A stretch of DNA of 63,990 nt, filler included, from Diploschistes diacapsis (GCA_023645945.1; 4 parts of 4 records of this genome joined end to end with filler, not necessarily neighbours in it), one strand, 5' to 3'; positions 26,443 to 39,004 are shown, counted from the first letter of the whole stretch. The notes: generated from the sequence alone by a model not told the origin. Numbers and translations: made by a program.

Positions 26443-28088
26443 TCAACCCATTACCATGCCCTTCATGGAGGCCATGTCTCCCTCCTTTGCTGCGATCTCA
26501 AAGTATCCGTAAATAATGCTGACACCTGTTAGCGACTAAGTGCACCAAACGACATCAAGACTTACGTGACGGCTAGCAAAATACCAGTTCCTGAGCCCAA
26601 AGCGCCAATCAGGTCACTAGCAACAGAGAGAGCGCCAATGCAGGCACCACCAAAAGCGGCAGCCGTTGGAATTACTCGCTTGAGTTCCTTGTACATGCTC
26701 TGCTCACGGTGACCAGCCATAACAAGGCCCTGTTCTTTCAATTGCTTGGCAACATCACGTGGAGCAGATCCAGACACTTCGATCCATGTCTTGGAGAATA
26801 TAGCGCAGGCGGAAAGCATAAAGACAATATAGACAGCGGTATGAACAGGATCGAGTAAAGCAGCCTTCAAGTCGAGGGGTGGAGACATATAGTAGGCGGC
26901 TCCAGATGCGGCGTACAGCTGTGCGGAGCCCTCCCGAGGCTCCCAAGTACCGAGAAGCTTGACAATAATGTTATCGGAAAACCGAGAGTAGAGCATCTGA
27001 CTGATGAGAAAATAATTGGAAGCCAAGGCAGACTGTAGCATGATAGGCATGTTCGAGGTGTAAAAAAGGCGAACCGGGTATGAGGCCCGAACACCGCGCT
27101 GGCGAGAAGACATGAGGGGAATCTCAACACGGAAGCCTTGAAGGTAAATGACAGCTGCGAAAACAGCAAGCGTAGCCAGCAAGTTCATGATGTTGGGTAA
27201 GTTTTGACGATAGAAAGCCTCGCGAAGTGCGACCTGCTTATCAGGCCAGGTAAGCAGCAAATGGAAGAGCGCAATGACGGCACCCTCGAACTCGGGTCCT
27301 CTGCCGGTATTGTAGGTAGTCGGGGAGAACGCCTTCCAGATGATGGATTCGCAAATGTTTGTAGCAATGAAGAGGGAGATTCCACTGCCCAAACCGTATC
27401 CTTTTTGCAACAGCTCATCGAGGAGGATAACGATCAAGCCGGCAACAACCAATTGAACGACGAGCAATATGCAGATACCCGCACCCAGATCTGACGGCTG
27501 ACCATACAGACCGGTCAAGACGTAAACAAGAGCTTGGCCAAACGACATGATAATTGCGAACAGTTTTTGGGCAGTCTGGTAGAGCTCGCGATCGCTCTTG
27601 AGGTCGAGATTAACATCGATGAGGTGGGTACCGGCCAGAAGCTTATAGACGGTTAGACGTAGCTTAAGCATAGTATTTTGCACAACATGCCTGAAAGACC
27701 ATGCCAGAAGTAATGATTGGCGTAATACCCAGCTCCATCAATGTACCTCTATTACTGGCCAACATCATACGCAACCAATACAGCGGATCTGAAGTGTCTG
27801 AGGACACAATGCCGTAGAGAGGCATCTGGCTCATGACCAAAAAGATCATGAGCGTCAACTGAGTTATCACGTATTAGCACACTGTTCGCGAAACCATTAC
27901 TATGATCGCAACGTACTCCCGTCCACATGAGCTTCTGGTTGAAGACAACCTTGGTCTCTGGAGACATCACCTCGGGTAAGAAGGGGGTAAAGGGCTTGAT
28001 AAGATCAAGAAATCGTACTAGAGTGCATACAAGTTAGCAATCACAGCTCTCAAACACGATTCGAGCATTGAGACTTACAGCCGCTCAT
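26443..28088 (-). CDS. SEC61: Protein translocon alpha subunit Sec61 (multiple introns)
   Basis: [78 protein letters not shown]. Confidence 0.97.
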
Positions 28089-28636
28089 GTTGATAACGGT
28101 GCCGCGGCGCGGACTTCAACCAGCAGAAAAGCTATACGATGGGAATTAGGGAAAGGATCGAGGTAGGGCAGCTGCAATGTTCAGTAGTCGACTTGGAAAG
28201 GAGAAGATTGTTCAGAGTGAGTGGAAGGGCTTGAAACTTGGATGTGTATTTTGATTTTCGCTGCCTCGAAAGGCCACATTTCCGCCGCGCTAAACCCAAA
28301 GTGACAGCCCAACAAATGTCCAGGTCCTAACCACATGTCCGATCCCTTTCCATTTCTGGGGAAACTGGCCAGTATAAGGAAGAAAAGATATCGAGTAACT
28401 GGTTACATAAGGCTCAGCCGATCCAATGGCTTCACTACTGAAATCCACGATGGATGGTTACTTAACACCAAATCATTAGACTATGTTGTCCTTTCAAAGC
28501 ATAAGATTTTTCTCAGTGCGAATTGCGATAACTAAGGTCCGACAGCTACTTTACATGGAAAGCCTGAAACTGTTGTTTGTTTGCACATCTCTCCTTGATA
28601 ACTATAATATTAAGTTCATGATGTTACTATTCCCTA

Positions 28637-29263
28637 TCATTTGGCTACCGACTTCTTGGCAGCCCCAGTCGCGGGCTTGTTAGGCATACCGGTGACGACC
28701 CCAGGTGTGTATTTCATCTTACTATCTGGTAAGTCAGTCTTCTTGGCCGTTCCCGATGTTGTTGGCTTATTTGCTGGCGCTTTTGCTGGGCTTTTGGATG
28801 GAGTCTTTGATGGACCTTTTGCGGGTGCTGGCAAAGTTTTTGGAACACTAGAAGCAGGCGTCGACTTCGGCTTGACGGCAGACTTGGTACCAACGGAGGC
28901 TGGAGGCTTGAAGGCTGGAGAGCCAGAACTCTTTGGCTGGTATGCTGTCATTGACCCAGGCACCGATGATAAAGATCTTTTGCCGCCACCCTGGGTATCA
29001 GATAGACCAAGTGGGTTAAAGGCAGTGGGTTGTCTGACACCGCTGGCATTCGTCCAATCCTTTATCGAGTTTCCATAATCTTTGGCACCATCACCGTACC
29101 TTCGAATTGAGTTGTTAATGTTCCCTCCGACACCATTTATAGCATTCCCTACAGCAGCGACCCCATCTCCCGCAAATGATCCACCAGCTTGTACCGCGTT
29201 TGCAATCATTGAATCAACGTAACCCCCGACATAATTGGTAACACCCTGGGTAATCCAATTCAT
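28637..29263 (-). CDS. Hypothetical 208-aa protein with a Gly/Asn-rich amphipathic N-terminus and a Lys/Pro/Ala/Ser-rich tail
   Basis: Intact ATG ORF with a coherent low-complexity composition. Confidence 0.75.
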   Translation of the reverse strand: MNWITQGVTNYVGGYVDSMIANAVQAGGSFAGDGVAAVGNAINGVGGNINNSIRRYGDGAKDYGNSIKDWTNASGVRQPTAFNPLGLSDTQGGGKRSLSSVPGSMTAYQPKSSGSPAFKPPASVGTKSAVKPKSTPASSVPKTLPAPAKGPSKTPSKSPAKAPANKPTTSGTAKKTDLPDSKMKYTPGVVTGMPNKPATGAAKKSVAK

Positions 29264-29283
29264 AGTGATGGTAGTAGAGTCGA

Positions 29284-29574
29284 TTACTCAGAGGACTTCT
29301 TGTTTCGAACTTCAATTTTCTTTGGGGCCCGTTTCGATTGAGCTGGACCAACTGATTCGGTCGATTCGGTCGCCTTCTCTGCCGATTCCTGATCTCTGCT
29401 CTTTGCCGGGTTCGCAAAGGCAGCAGTTGCTGGTTGAGGAGGTGTTTTAGGAGGAAGTTTGGGAGCGCTTCTGACTTTCCACTCGGGCTTGACCCTGGGT
29501 GCAGCTTTGCCTCGACTCGCAGTGATGTTGACCGTGTCTTCGTTGAAGAAGATATCAAATGAAATATTAGGCAT
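29284..29574 (-). CDS. Hypothetical 96-aa basic, Pro/Lys-rich protein directly upstream of the 208-aa ORF
   Basis: ATG ORF MPNISFDIFFNEDTVNITAS...; ends 20 nt before the next ATG. Confidence 0.5.
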   Translation of the reverse strand: MPNISFDIFFNEDTVNITASRGKAAPRVKPEWKVRSAPKLPPKTPPQPATAAFANPAKSRDQESAEKATESTESVGPAQSKRAPKKIEVRNKKSSE

Positions 29575-30033
29575 CTGGAATGAAGATGATAGAGGCCTCG
29601 AGATATGCTTTCATGGAGCTCTTGTCCGTTCTAATTAATAGTTTCGTTGGCAAGAGCAGCAGCGTGTGGTGATCAAGTACTCCTCCTCAGGACTCTTGGG
29701 GCTGACGTCGTGTGTATTCCCACCAACACAAACTACAGGGGTTATTCCCAGTTTTTGAGCGCACCGCCACAGCTGTCATCAAAGCCACATATCACGTCAT
29801 CGATGATGATTCAGCCTCTATCATTCGCCGTCACGCGACATCTTTACGCGCCGAGTCTTCAGGGGATGAGAATGGGGTAGCTTTACGGCGGTCATCACAG
29901 CAATATTACGATTGCAAACATGCGGTGCAGACCTTTGGAACTTTATCACGAAGACCTCGCTATAGGTAACGGCTGCCTCTCCTTTGACGCAATGAGCCTC
30001 GTATGATTTGGCTTCTCCCAAGCGGCGCACAAG

Positions 30034-31983
30034 ATGGCAGACGACAAGCCGGACAAGCTATCCCAGCTTATGGGCCTGGGGTCTTATTTTCTGTCGGGGA
30101 TTTTGGCGTAAGGATGTAGACCCGCAAGCTTTGGGTAAGATGCTCATTCTATTATTCAGAATCAATGCGACGCAAGTTCTTGGTGCTCCCTTGGCTCTGA
30201 TCAATCAAGACTGGTACAATGCATGGATTGCCTTTACGAAACAGTCCTTTAACCTGCTTACTATCACCTTAACACAATGGTTCAACCCGACTACCGTCCG
30301 AGTTTCTGGTGATGCTAGTATGCGAGGGCAGCTCTTCAAAAGGGTGGACGGGAATCTGCTCTGCAATTTCCCCGAGCGGATGGTTCTAATCGCCAATCAC
30401 CAGGTAAGACAGACGGACATGTGCCCAATGGTTTTGCTCACTATTCTAAGATCTATACCGACTGGCTGTACCTCTGGTGGATCGCCTTCTGCAGTGGCAT
30501 GCATGGGCGTCTTTACATTATACTCAAAGAAAGTCTACGCCGGATACCTGTCATTGGGTGGGGGATTCAACTCTCGCAGTTCATCTTCCTAAAGCGCAAC
30601 TGGGAGAAGGATAAACCCAACCTTGCAAAGCACTTACAGGGGCTGAACAAGATAACGGATCCTATGTGGCTGCTGCTATTTCCTGAGGGAACCAATCTCG
30701 CGCCAAGCACCCGCGCATCGAGTAAGAAGTGGGCGGACAAGAATGGCATCGATGACATGCAGCATACGCTCCACCCCAGAACAACGGGCTTACTATTCTG
30801 TCTTCAAGAGCTTCGAAGGACGGTGGGTTATGTGTACGACTGCACGATTGCATATGAAGGTGTACCGAGAGGGCAATATGCTCAGGATATCTACACTTTG
30901 CAGGCTCAATACATCCAGGGTCGCTCGCCAAAGTGTGTTCACATGTATTGGAGGCGCTTCCGGATATCAGATATACCAATCGACAATGAAAAGTCTTTCG
31001 AGTCTTGGTTAAGAGCTCGATGGATTGAGAAAGACGCATATATCGAGTATTTCTATCGAACTGGCAATTTCCCAAATGATGTTGGCACGACAAAAATGCG
31101 CGATGGGTCATTGCGGAAGGGTGCCGGATACATTACCACCACCATTAGAGCAACGCAGTGGCATGAGTTCCTCCAGGTGTTTGTTCCAATTGGTGTGCTT
31201 TCCTTGGTCCTCTACACGTTCTACGGCGAGCTGCCCCAGGCATTCATGAAAGCAATAGGGCAGAAAGCTGTCGCTGAGCAAACCCAAGCCGTCAAGAGCC
31301 AATTCGGGCCTTCGCCGAAAACCATCACCACGTACCCCGGAGGTCCTACAATCACGATAAACAGTGACAAGTTGGACCCGAAAGAGGCAGCGCAGCTATT
31401 GCAAAAGACTACCACGCAGCACAGCTCACAAGCTCCGGCGCGTAAAGCGACATCAACAGCGAGTTCGAATACGCCTTCTTTGACGCCGCAAAAGCTCGCC
31501 CAAGTACCTCAGACATCCCCAGCAGGTTTTGCTGGCCTTCGAAGTAGTGCATCTTCGACAGCATGGGAGACCATGACGAACGCCAGTATCAAGTCCATAC
31601 CTAAGCTCGCCCCCAAAGCACTGCATAAGCCTCTTCCGAATCCAGCTACAGCTGCTCAGAAACCGTCAACGGCAGCTAAGCCGGTGGTGAAGAGGTCTGC
31701 CGCGAATGTTGGGAAAAGCAAGGTCGCGATGCCAGCTACAGCTCGGCAAATTCAACCTTTGAAGGCCGTCCCGCAAGGGACGAACCATCCCACCAAGGCG
31801 CAAGCAAAAGCACCCGTCAAAGCCCCTGCCAAAATCCCCAGCAAGCCTGCTACGAAGCCAGTAGCGAATACCACAGCCAAGCCTGCAATAAGAGCACCTG
31901 CAAAGCTTGCCGCTGATAAGCCATCATTAAAGTCCCTGCCTAAGGCGACGCCACCAAAAATCGCTGCTGGAACAAAGAAGTGA
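30034..31983 (+). CDS. PlsC-family lysophospholipid acyltransferase (lysocardiolipin/Cst26-like) with a long K/P/A-rich C-terminal tail; 2 introns
   Basis: Spliced IANHQ-IYTDWLYLW (HX4D), FIFLKRNWEKD, FPEGT, PRTTGL, VYDCTIAY. Confidence 0.9.
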
Positions 31984-32724
31984 GGCAGCGCTGTAGCTCC
32001 GGTTCGCTTTTTGTCACCATAATCATGAAGGCTCAGCCGTCGGCATTCCATCCGAAATCCTTAAGCTACTTTTATCTGGACTAATCTCTGTATGATTTGC
32101 AGTAGGTTGCGAGGGGACCAACCCGACACTCTTGAATTCAAATCAAAGTCTACCTGACCTGTCGAGGCACTGAAGTCCTCCCAAATTAGATGATCAGAGC
32201 ACTTAGGAGATCAGATCACGTTGGCAATCCATTTGGGGAATACTGTCAGGCTAACCCAGAGTCTTCATGATTTATAGCAAGATATCTGGCACGACTGGCA
32301 ACGTTACCAGTCGAATCATTCGACATGCGAGAATGGTTGCAGCAGAGACCTAAAGGGCTATCGTTGCTACAGCATGGACGAAGCCCAAAAATTTGAATAT
32401 GCATTTCACGAAATATGTGCAGTGGCAAGGAGATGGAGCTTTCCATAAGCTATTTAAACAAGCTGCTGGATGTGTAGTTCTAGCGACAGCTGTATAAGAT
32501 TACTTTACACCAGGAATTGAGTATATGTAGCTTGCTCCGGAACCCCCTTTGAGACATTAATAAATTCACTCACGCTTCATTATAATCTCCATCACCACTT
32601 CCATCACCTCCCTATCCCCCGTGCCGACCTTTACAGCAAGCCATCAGCTCGCCTAACCTTCTGGAATTTCCCGCTCAAGCATCTTAATCATCCTCTAGCT
32701 CCACCCCCCAATCCTCGCTTCTTC

Positions 32725-32824
32725 NNNNNNNNNNNNNNNNNNNNNNNNNNNNNNNNNNNNNNNNNNNNTTAATTAATTAANNNNNNNNNNNNNNNNNNNN
32801 NNNNNNNNNNNNNNNNNNNNNNNN
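32725..32824. other. Artificial contig linker N44-TTAATTAATTAA-N44
   Basis: Same 100-bp structure as the other linkers. Confidence 0.98.
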
Positions 32825-32862
32825 TCCCTTCCCTCTCAAGCTAACGCCCCCCCTTCTCGCAG

Positions 32863-33402
32863 ACCTGGCAAGCAATGTCTCACCTCGAAAGCCTCGGTAA
32901 GACCCGCCACATCGGCGTCTCGAACTTCTCGCCCGCGCAGCTCAAGCACCTCCTCGACCACCCCCACACAACCACCCGGCCCTTCGCCCACCAGTTTGAG
33001 GCCCATCCATACCTGCCGCAGACAACCTGGCTCCTGTACCACGCCGAGCAGGGCATCCACGTAACCGCCTACTCGCCCCTCGGCAACGCGAACCCGACCT
33101 ACGGCTCCGCGCACGAGGAAGTCGAGCCCTTGCTTTCGTCGGACGTGATCAAGGGGATAGCGAAAGACAGGGAATGCACGCCCGCGCAGGTGGTGCTGGC
33201 GTGGGGCCTGAGCCGGGGGACGAGCGTGATTCCGAAGAGCAGCCATGCAGGTAGGATTGAGGAGAACTTTGGGGCGCAGAGGTGCGGGTTGGAGTATGAG
33301 GATTATGAGAAGTTGCATAAGATGGGGATGAGGCCGAAGAGGTTTAATAATCCGAGTGGGAGTTGGGGGGTGGGGTTGTATGAGGGATTGCAGGATTCGT
33401 AA
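32863..33402 (+). CDS. Aldo/keto reductase, last exon only (5' part lost at the contig end)
   Basis: GKTRHIGVSNFS, HPYLPQ, TAYSPLG, TPAQVVLAW, VIPKS, RIEENF; preceded by GCTAAC...CAG acceptor. Confidence 0.9.
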   Translation, partial: TWQAMSHLESLGKTRHIGVSNFSPAQLKHLLDHPHTTTRPFAHQFEAHPYLPQTTWLLYHAEQGIHVTAYSPLGNANPTYGSAHEEVEPLLSSDVIKGIAKDRECTPAQVVLAWGLSRGTSVIPKSSHAGRIEENFGAQRCGLEYEDYEKLHKMGMRPKRFNNPSGSWGVGLYEGLQDS

Positions 33403-33773
33403 GAGACGGGCAGTTGGCGAAGCCTAGGGGCATGAAGTAGAGGGAAGGTGCTGGATGGGGGCATGGCAAAGATTGTAAGAGTGGATGTGGACTCCTCTCA
33501 AAAGTTTTGATGTGTGCTTGGCTTTTCCAAGAGCGACTTCCTGACATTGTCATGCGTGTGAACGAACGTTGTATTGGTTTCTTGATGTACGTTAACAACT
33601 ACCGAAATGAAACCGCAAGGCCAATAATAGAGGCTACCAAACCTGCTAAGTAGCGTTGAGGACGTAAAGGCAAGAGAACTCTCCCTTACGAAACCCATAC
33701 CAAAGTATGACCATTACTTGCGTTCCCCATTCATAACTTACGCGTGCAAAAACCGCGGAGCTTTGCTAAGAGA

Positions 33774-36700
33774 TCATCCCGGGCTCTTCCCCGACAGTTG
33801 CTGCACCGTGGCGGTGCCTGCCGTATCTGATGTAGTAGCCGACTCTTCTTCATCTTCATGCTTAAGCTTCCGTCGCCTTATGTTGCCAAGGTGATGTAAC
33901 CCATCCTGCACCCGGTCAGCAACCACGTGGGGCGTACATATCATAAGTCCGGCCTGAAAGTCCAAACGCTGGGCGTCTTCGCCAGCTCGCGGGTCATTCA
34001 TGACTTGAATATATTTGTCAAAGTTATTGCGAACGGTTCTGCCTTCCCGTTGGATGAAGCTGGCTACTGGCTTGTGAAAAGCTCCGATGGATGCAATGGT
34101 CATGACTGCAAGCGATGAAGGTAACATAATCTCGAGAACCCAGTACAGATCGGGTTTGATGTTGCTCCATTGATCAACTGGCATGGCGAAGAATGAACTG
34201 AAGAAGGCAAGGGGAGAGGAAACGATTCTAAGGATAGCTAGTGGGTATATGATATCCTTCAGATAGTCTTACGTGACAATCGTAAAAATAGTAACGACGC
34301 GGGTCTGCCACTTCCGCCTCGTCGGTCGTAACTGTTCTGGGCTTGCTGGAAAATGTTAGGATACACTGTGATCAATCAAACCTTTTCTAGCTAACTTAGA
34401 CAAACCTTCATGCCTATCAAGTTTTGGCACTATGAAGCTTCAGCGGAGCGCACAATTGTGGTGTCATCCTCCACGTACATGTTCTTGTGCGTTATTAGCG
34501 CTTTTGGTTATGAAGTTTACATGATTGCAAGAAGCATCCAATGTTTTCATGGCCTTTCGCAGAGGAAAGGTGGTGGTAGCATCAGAGAAAGGCTTCTTTT
34601 CTTGCATCTGTTGTATGATATTTTGCTCCTTCATAAATAGATTTTCGAAGATTCGTAGTTCGTCCACCACATCATTCTAATCAGAGTCAATATTAGAAGG
34701 AACTAGATAAACCACTAGCGTACAAGCTCGATTAGTATATCCAAATCATGCTCTAAGTCCTGACGCATTCTTGGCTGGAACTTGCCATTGTAAACCTCGA
34801 GGCTCGTTGAAAAACCTTTGATCGAAACTGCGTTGTTTTTAATGAGATCTGCGAGATACTCTATAGGTGTCAAGGCTGGAAAGAAGGAGAGGGCTTAATT
34901 CCAAGATCTTGCCTTCATATCTTGCCAGGACTCCAGGCCTAGCGGGGCTGCTTTCCTAGCACCGACTAAGTTCCGTTTGTGCTACGAATTATGGGAACAT
35001 GCCTCCAACATTCCAGCTACACAGCTCTGAACAACAAGACTCACAAACATATAACGCTTTGTGGAAGATCTGGGTTTCAAGATTCCAGTCACCTTTGCTT
35101 CCCAATCAGCCTTGTCGGTTGCTTGCTCGCCAATCTCTTTATCCTCCGATTCAGGAGCAAATGTGAGGATGGTTTTTAAGCCGAGCTTCCACATTCAGAC
35201 AGTGTCTATGGCCTGTGGGTCTCAGGGTGACCTTCACTAGGATTAAGATCTTGCAATCATGCGACGTCTGTTGGGCTTCCGTAGTCTACTCTGACTGGTC
35301 CCTTCACAATATACCGAATCTTCCATAAACGTGTCATGCCAGGTCAATTTGGAAGAGAGTTTCTTAAAGGCGTGAACAATGCCATCTTTGGTCATATTGA
35401 TCACTCACATGTAAAGCTAGTGAATAGGAGCTTTTCTGTTTTGGAGCCAGATGACTTTTAGTGGGATTGTCCTGGAAATCTGTTAATTGATCGGAAGATT
35501 GCAACCCCGTGCAGCTGGTGACTCTGTGACTTCAGCACAACCTGATCTACATCGCGCTCCTTTGTATCCCATAGGTAAGGATATCCGAATTGGTCGAGGG
35601 TTTGTCTACACTGTTTAGCCAGACCCTAGGAGGCATTGAGAACGACTGGCCGCAATGAGATGGAAAGCTGGGAAGACAGATACCGCCAGATGAGTTTAAC
35701 ATTAAGACTCTCACTATTCGACATTGAGCGTGGTACCTTGGGCGACGTGTGAAGGGAGCGAAGCTCTTCTCTCACGACTACCTCGCGCTTCTGGAATGCT
35801 TCACGATCATCCCAGCGGCTAGACTATTCTTAGCAGAGCGCACTGAAGCCTCCTTGATAGACAATTTTGACTCGGCTTCTTACAGGTGAGGGAAATGAAG
35901 AACCAGAAAATCATTCTTCATCCAGACAAAGGAATCGGGGTATTGCCAACGAGGACGCTCAAGACGAAACTTCTTCAAAAAGTCTTCCTAAGGCTGCTTG
36001 TTCAGAAACTTCTCACGTGTTAAAGGAGCTCTTCTTCCCCGGGCTAGAGCACTTTGTAGCATGGGAACCCAGTTGCCTACACAGCATGGGACATGTACCA
36101 ATCTGTCCAATCATCAGCCTCATTGCCAGGCATATTATAAACCAGGTCTGGGCGCAACGACGTGCCTGTGCGGTTCGGTTGTCCAAGTGAAAAACCGTCT
36201 CCGAGTCCACTTCTGATGAATTGATTGAGACTCATATCATCATAGCGAAGTTTGGATGGAAGGATTCCCAGTGTTGTAGGTTTGTTGTGTGCTTTCCCGT
36301 CCTGTACCCTTATCGCAGTCCGGAACTCGCTTGGGAAACTGTACAGCCGAATTTTGACGTTATCTAAGATATCATTTTGCAGCTCTCGATTGTTTGAAAC
36401 AGTTGTAACTCATATGGACACAATAATTGCTTGAGCCTACCTAGCAGCGAGTCGTAATACTCACCGAGTCCAATCCAGATGGCCATCCAATGATGTTCTG
36501 TTGCAAGAACATCATCAAAGCCATCATCGAAGCCATTCCATTGCGCATATTGAGATAGCTGTGAACTCGATTTTGTTACTAGATACTCCCACTTGGGAGG
36601 CGAATCAGGGCCATAATCGTGAAATTTTACACGAGTCTTCTCTTCTTCAGAATAACACGGCAATGGTATCTCTGTGGAAAAGATACGGAACTGAGTGTAT

Positions 36701-37349
36701 AGATCTGATAGACTCCGATTGTTAGGGCTTATTTGCGCGCATATTTTTTGACCTAACGCTAGGCATGGACCGTGTTCATCAAACAGGGGTTGATTGGGAC
36801 CCGCAAGAACATCGGAACCACGATTGGGAGTTGAAAGGAAAGTGATAAATCCAGTATTGGCGATGGACGAGTTGGGGGATCCGCATAGATCCACGAAGGC
36901 TCTCTTCAGAATGAGACCTCCTAATCCATGACAGATGAATACTAGAGGGGTTTTCTACAATTTTCTTAGCAACTTAACGGCCAGCTATTGGGACATACCT
37001 TGTCCTCTGGACACTCTTTACAAATGTACTGGGAGAGTCGCCAGGCCCAGTAATCAAGATCTTTCCCCAATAGAATGTCGCATGTGTCACCTGAAGCTGA
37101 TCCATCGCGCAGAGGTTTATTTTCGAACAGATCCCGTTCTTCTGGAAGAAGATGGTCATAACGCAAGATTTTGCACTTCAAGCGACCTCGTCCAAGGTCA
37201 TCGGAGAGCTTGTCAAGCCAAGAATATCCAGGAATCCAGTTCCAATAAGGGGTAACGAATAATTCAGGTACTATTATTACAATGCTTTTGAACACTGAGC
37301 GAGGCCACCGAACTCCTTGATGGAACTTACTCCACATTTTGGCTATCAT
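33774..37349 (-). pseudogene. Disrupted gene(s): N-terminal SERAC1/SesB-like alpha/beta-hydrolase domain and C-terminal CorA-like coiled-coil plus 2-TM domain
   Basis: PLVFICHGLGGLILKRA and FLSTPNRGS near 36830-36950; VVTIFTIVT/IVSSPLAFFSSFFAMP and DVVDELRIF near 34180-34680; the middle region is broken into short ORFs. Confidence 0.55.
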
Positions 37350-37594
37350 GTCTTGAAGCTTGCGTCGCAACAGCCTCGGTTTTGTTGGAACATGTATCTT
37401 CAAGAGGATGTCTCGCAGTTTTGGCGTTATTAAAGGACATCTCTGCTCTGAATAAGGGCATTCACATGCTATAGTAGGGGTAAGAACGAAAGCCTTCGTA
37501 ATTCCAACAGGTCCTGACCAAGGAATTGCGGTGATCTTAAAAAAGATTTCATGTCCGCATAACTTGCGCCACCTACGCTCTACGAGGTTTATAA

Positions 37595-38716
37595 TCAGTT
37601 TCTATATTTTGCTAGAGCAGCTTTCATGCTCTCGCTCAGCTCGGGTTCCTGATTCCTTGCTTTCCTAGAAGCGAGCTCTGAAGTTGACTCTCCAGATGGA
37701 AGGGCTGTCGAGGCATCTAGTGACTGCAGAACTCCTCCTCGTTCTTTGTCAACACGACAATTGCTAAAGCGCTCGGTAGCCAACTCTTCACGCGCTTCGA
37801 AGGCAGTGTCCCCAGCCTCTGTTTGCTTATTTTCCTCTAGTGCGACCTTCCTGCTAATCCCTGTAGGCAACATCCCGATCGGCACAGCCTCCGATTCTCT
37901 ACTTCTTCCAGCCTCGCCCTTCTTTTTCGCCGTCTTTTGGATGCGAAAAGGTTCCCGAACACTGTCGTGCCATCTCTTGACCTTGACCTCTCCCCAACCT
38001 TGCACACTGGCAATCTCTTCTTTCCGAGCGTTGACGGCTGCCCGCACGCTTCCAAACGCGCTGACCAGCCCCACGGCGTCGGCTTTATGTATGCCTCGAG
38101 GAACAGTGACAAACTCGACCATTCGCTCCGCATAGCTCATTGCCTGCTGTCCTCGAATGCCGGTTGGTGCTGCATGCTCGAGGACTTTGTAGGCCTCGAG
38201 GTAACGCGCCGCTTCCCGTGCGGACCAAGCGAGTATCAAAGTTAAATTGTTGACCAGACTTGTCTTTGCCAACTCTCGTAATGGCTCCTCATGATTATCG
38301 ATATCGACCATTGACATGAGCACGCGCAGATTGAATTTCCCCGCTAATTGACGTATCCGCTGGTAGATGTACTCAGGATGCAGGCGATGATACTTGAGAG
38401 ACAGAAATAGCGCACAAGTGGTTGCACCGAGGACGTAGTCAGCTATCGTATCGCTGTATTCCCATGGCAGAGCTTTGATTTGAGTCAGGATAGGATTGCC
38501 TTTCTGACGGGGTGATACAAGGATTGAACTAGGACCAGAGGGGCGGGCGATTGCTTGTGGAGTGGGCTGTGTGACCTTTTGTTGAGCAGGATTTGTTTGC
38601 GCCGAAGAAGAGCTTGCAGCAGCTTTGGAGGAATTGGCTCGAAATGGTTTATCTTTCTCAACAGCATTTGCCAAAGCAAGAAAGTCTGCATCTGCAGTAA
38701 GGTCGTCTTCATCCAT
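37595..38716 (-). CDS. RAD10: Nucleotide excision repair endonuclease subunit Rad10/ERCC1 (Swi10)
   Basis: ILVSPRQKGNPIL, DYVLGATTCALFLSLKYHRLHPEYIY, LILAWSAREAARYLE, HhH region GWGEVKV. Confidence 0.95.
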   Translation of the reverse strand: MDEDDLTADADFLALANAVEKDKPFRANSSKAAASSSSAQTNPAQQKVTQPTPQAIARPSGPSSILVSPRQKGNPILTQIKALPWEYSDTIADYVLGATTCALFLSLKYHRLHPEYIYQRIRQLAGKFNLRVLMSMVDIDNHEEPLRELAKTSLVNNLTLILAWSAREAARYLEAYKVLEHAAPTGIRGQQAMSYAERMVEFVTVPRGIHKADAVGLVSAFGSVRAAVNARKEEIASVQGWGEVKVKRWHDSVREPFRIQKTAKKKGEAGRSRESEAVPIGMLPTGISRKVALEENKQTEAGDTAFEAREELATERFSNCRVDKERGGVLQSLDASTALPSGESTSELASRKARNQEPELSESMKAALAKYRN

Positions 38717-39004
38717 GGTGGGAGATAATTTGATAAAGGAGCAAGGCTTGGCAAGTAAAGCTTACAGAGAAATCTGCGTCGCACTCACCCCAGAGCTAGC
38801 CGCCCTAGCGCGCGACTTCGGGTGAGGAGTAAATCCGTCACCTAATTTAACACGCGACGTGGCAACAAATATAATATTTAATAATAAGCGTGTTTTTATT
38901 TTTAGTTTGATTTAGGTAAATGTGAAGGAACTTTATTTGGATCTAATATACCTTTAGTTTAGAAATCTTATTGATTCCAGATTTAACCCATAATGTTATA
39001 CGTT

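Noticed and set aside
12344..28088. Apparent secretory-pathway cluster SEC24-SEC8-SEC61
   Set aside because: SEC24 is on a different contig; SEC8 and SEC61 proximity alone is ordinary housekeeping synteny
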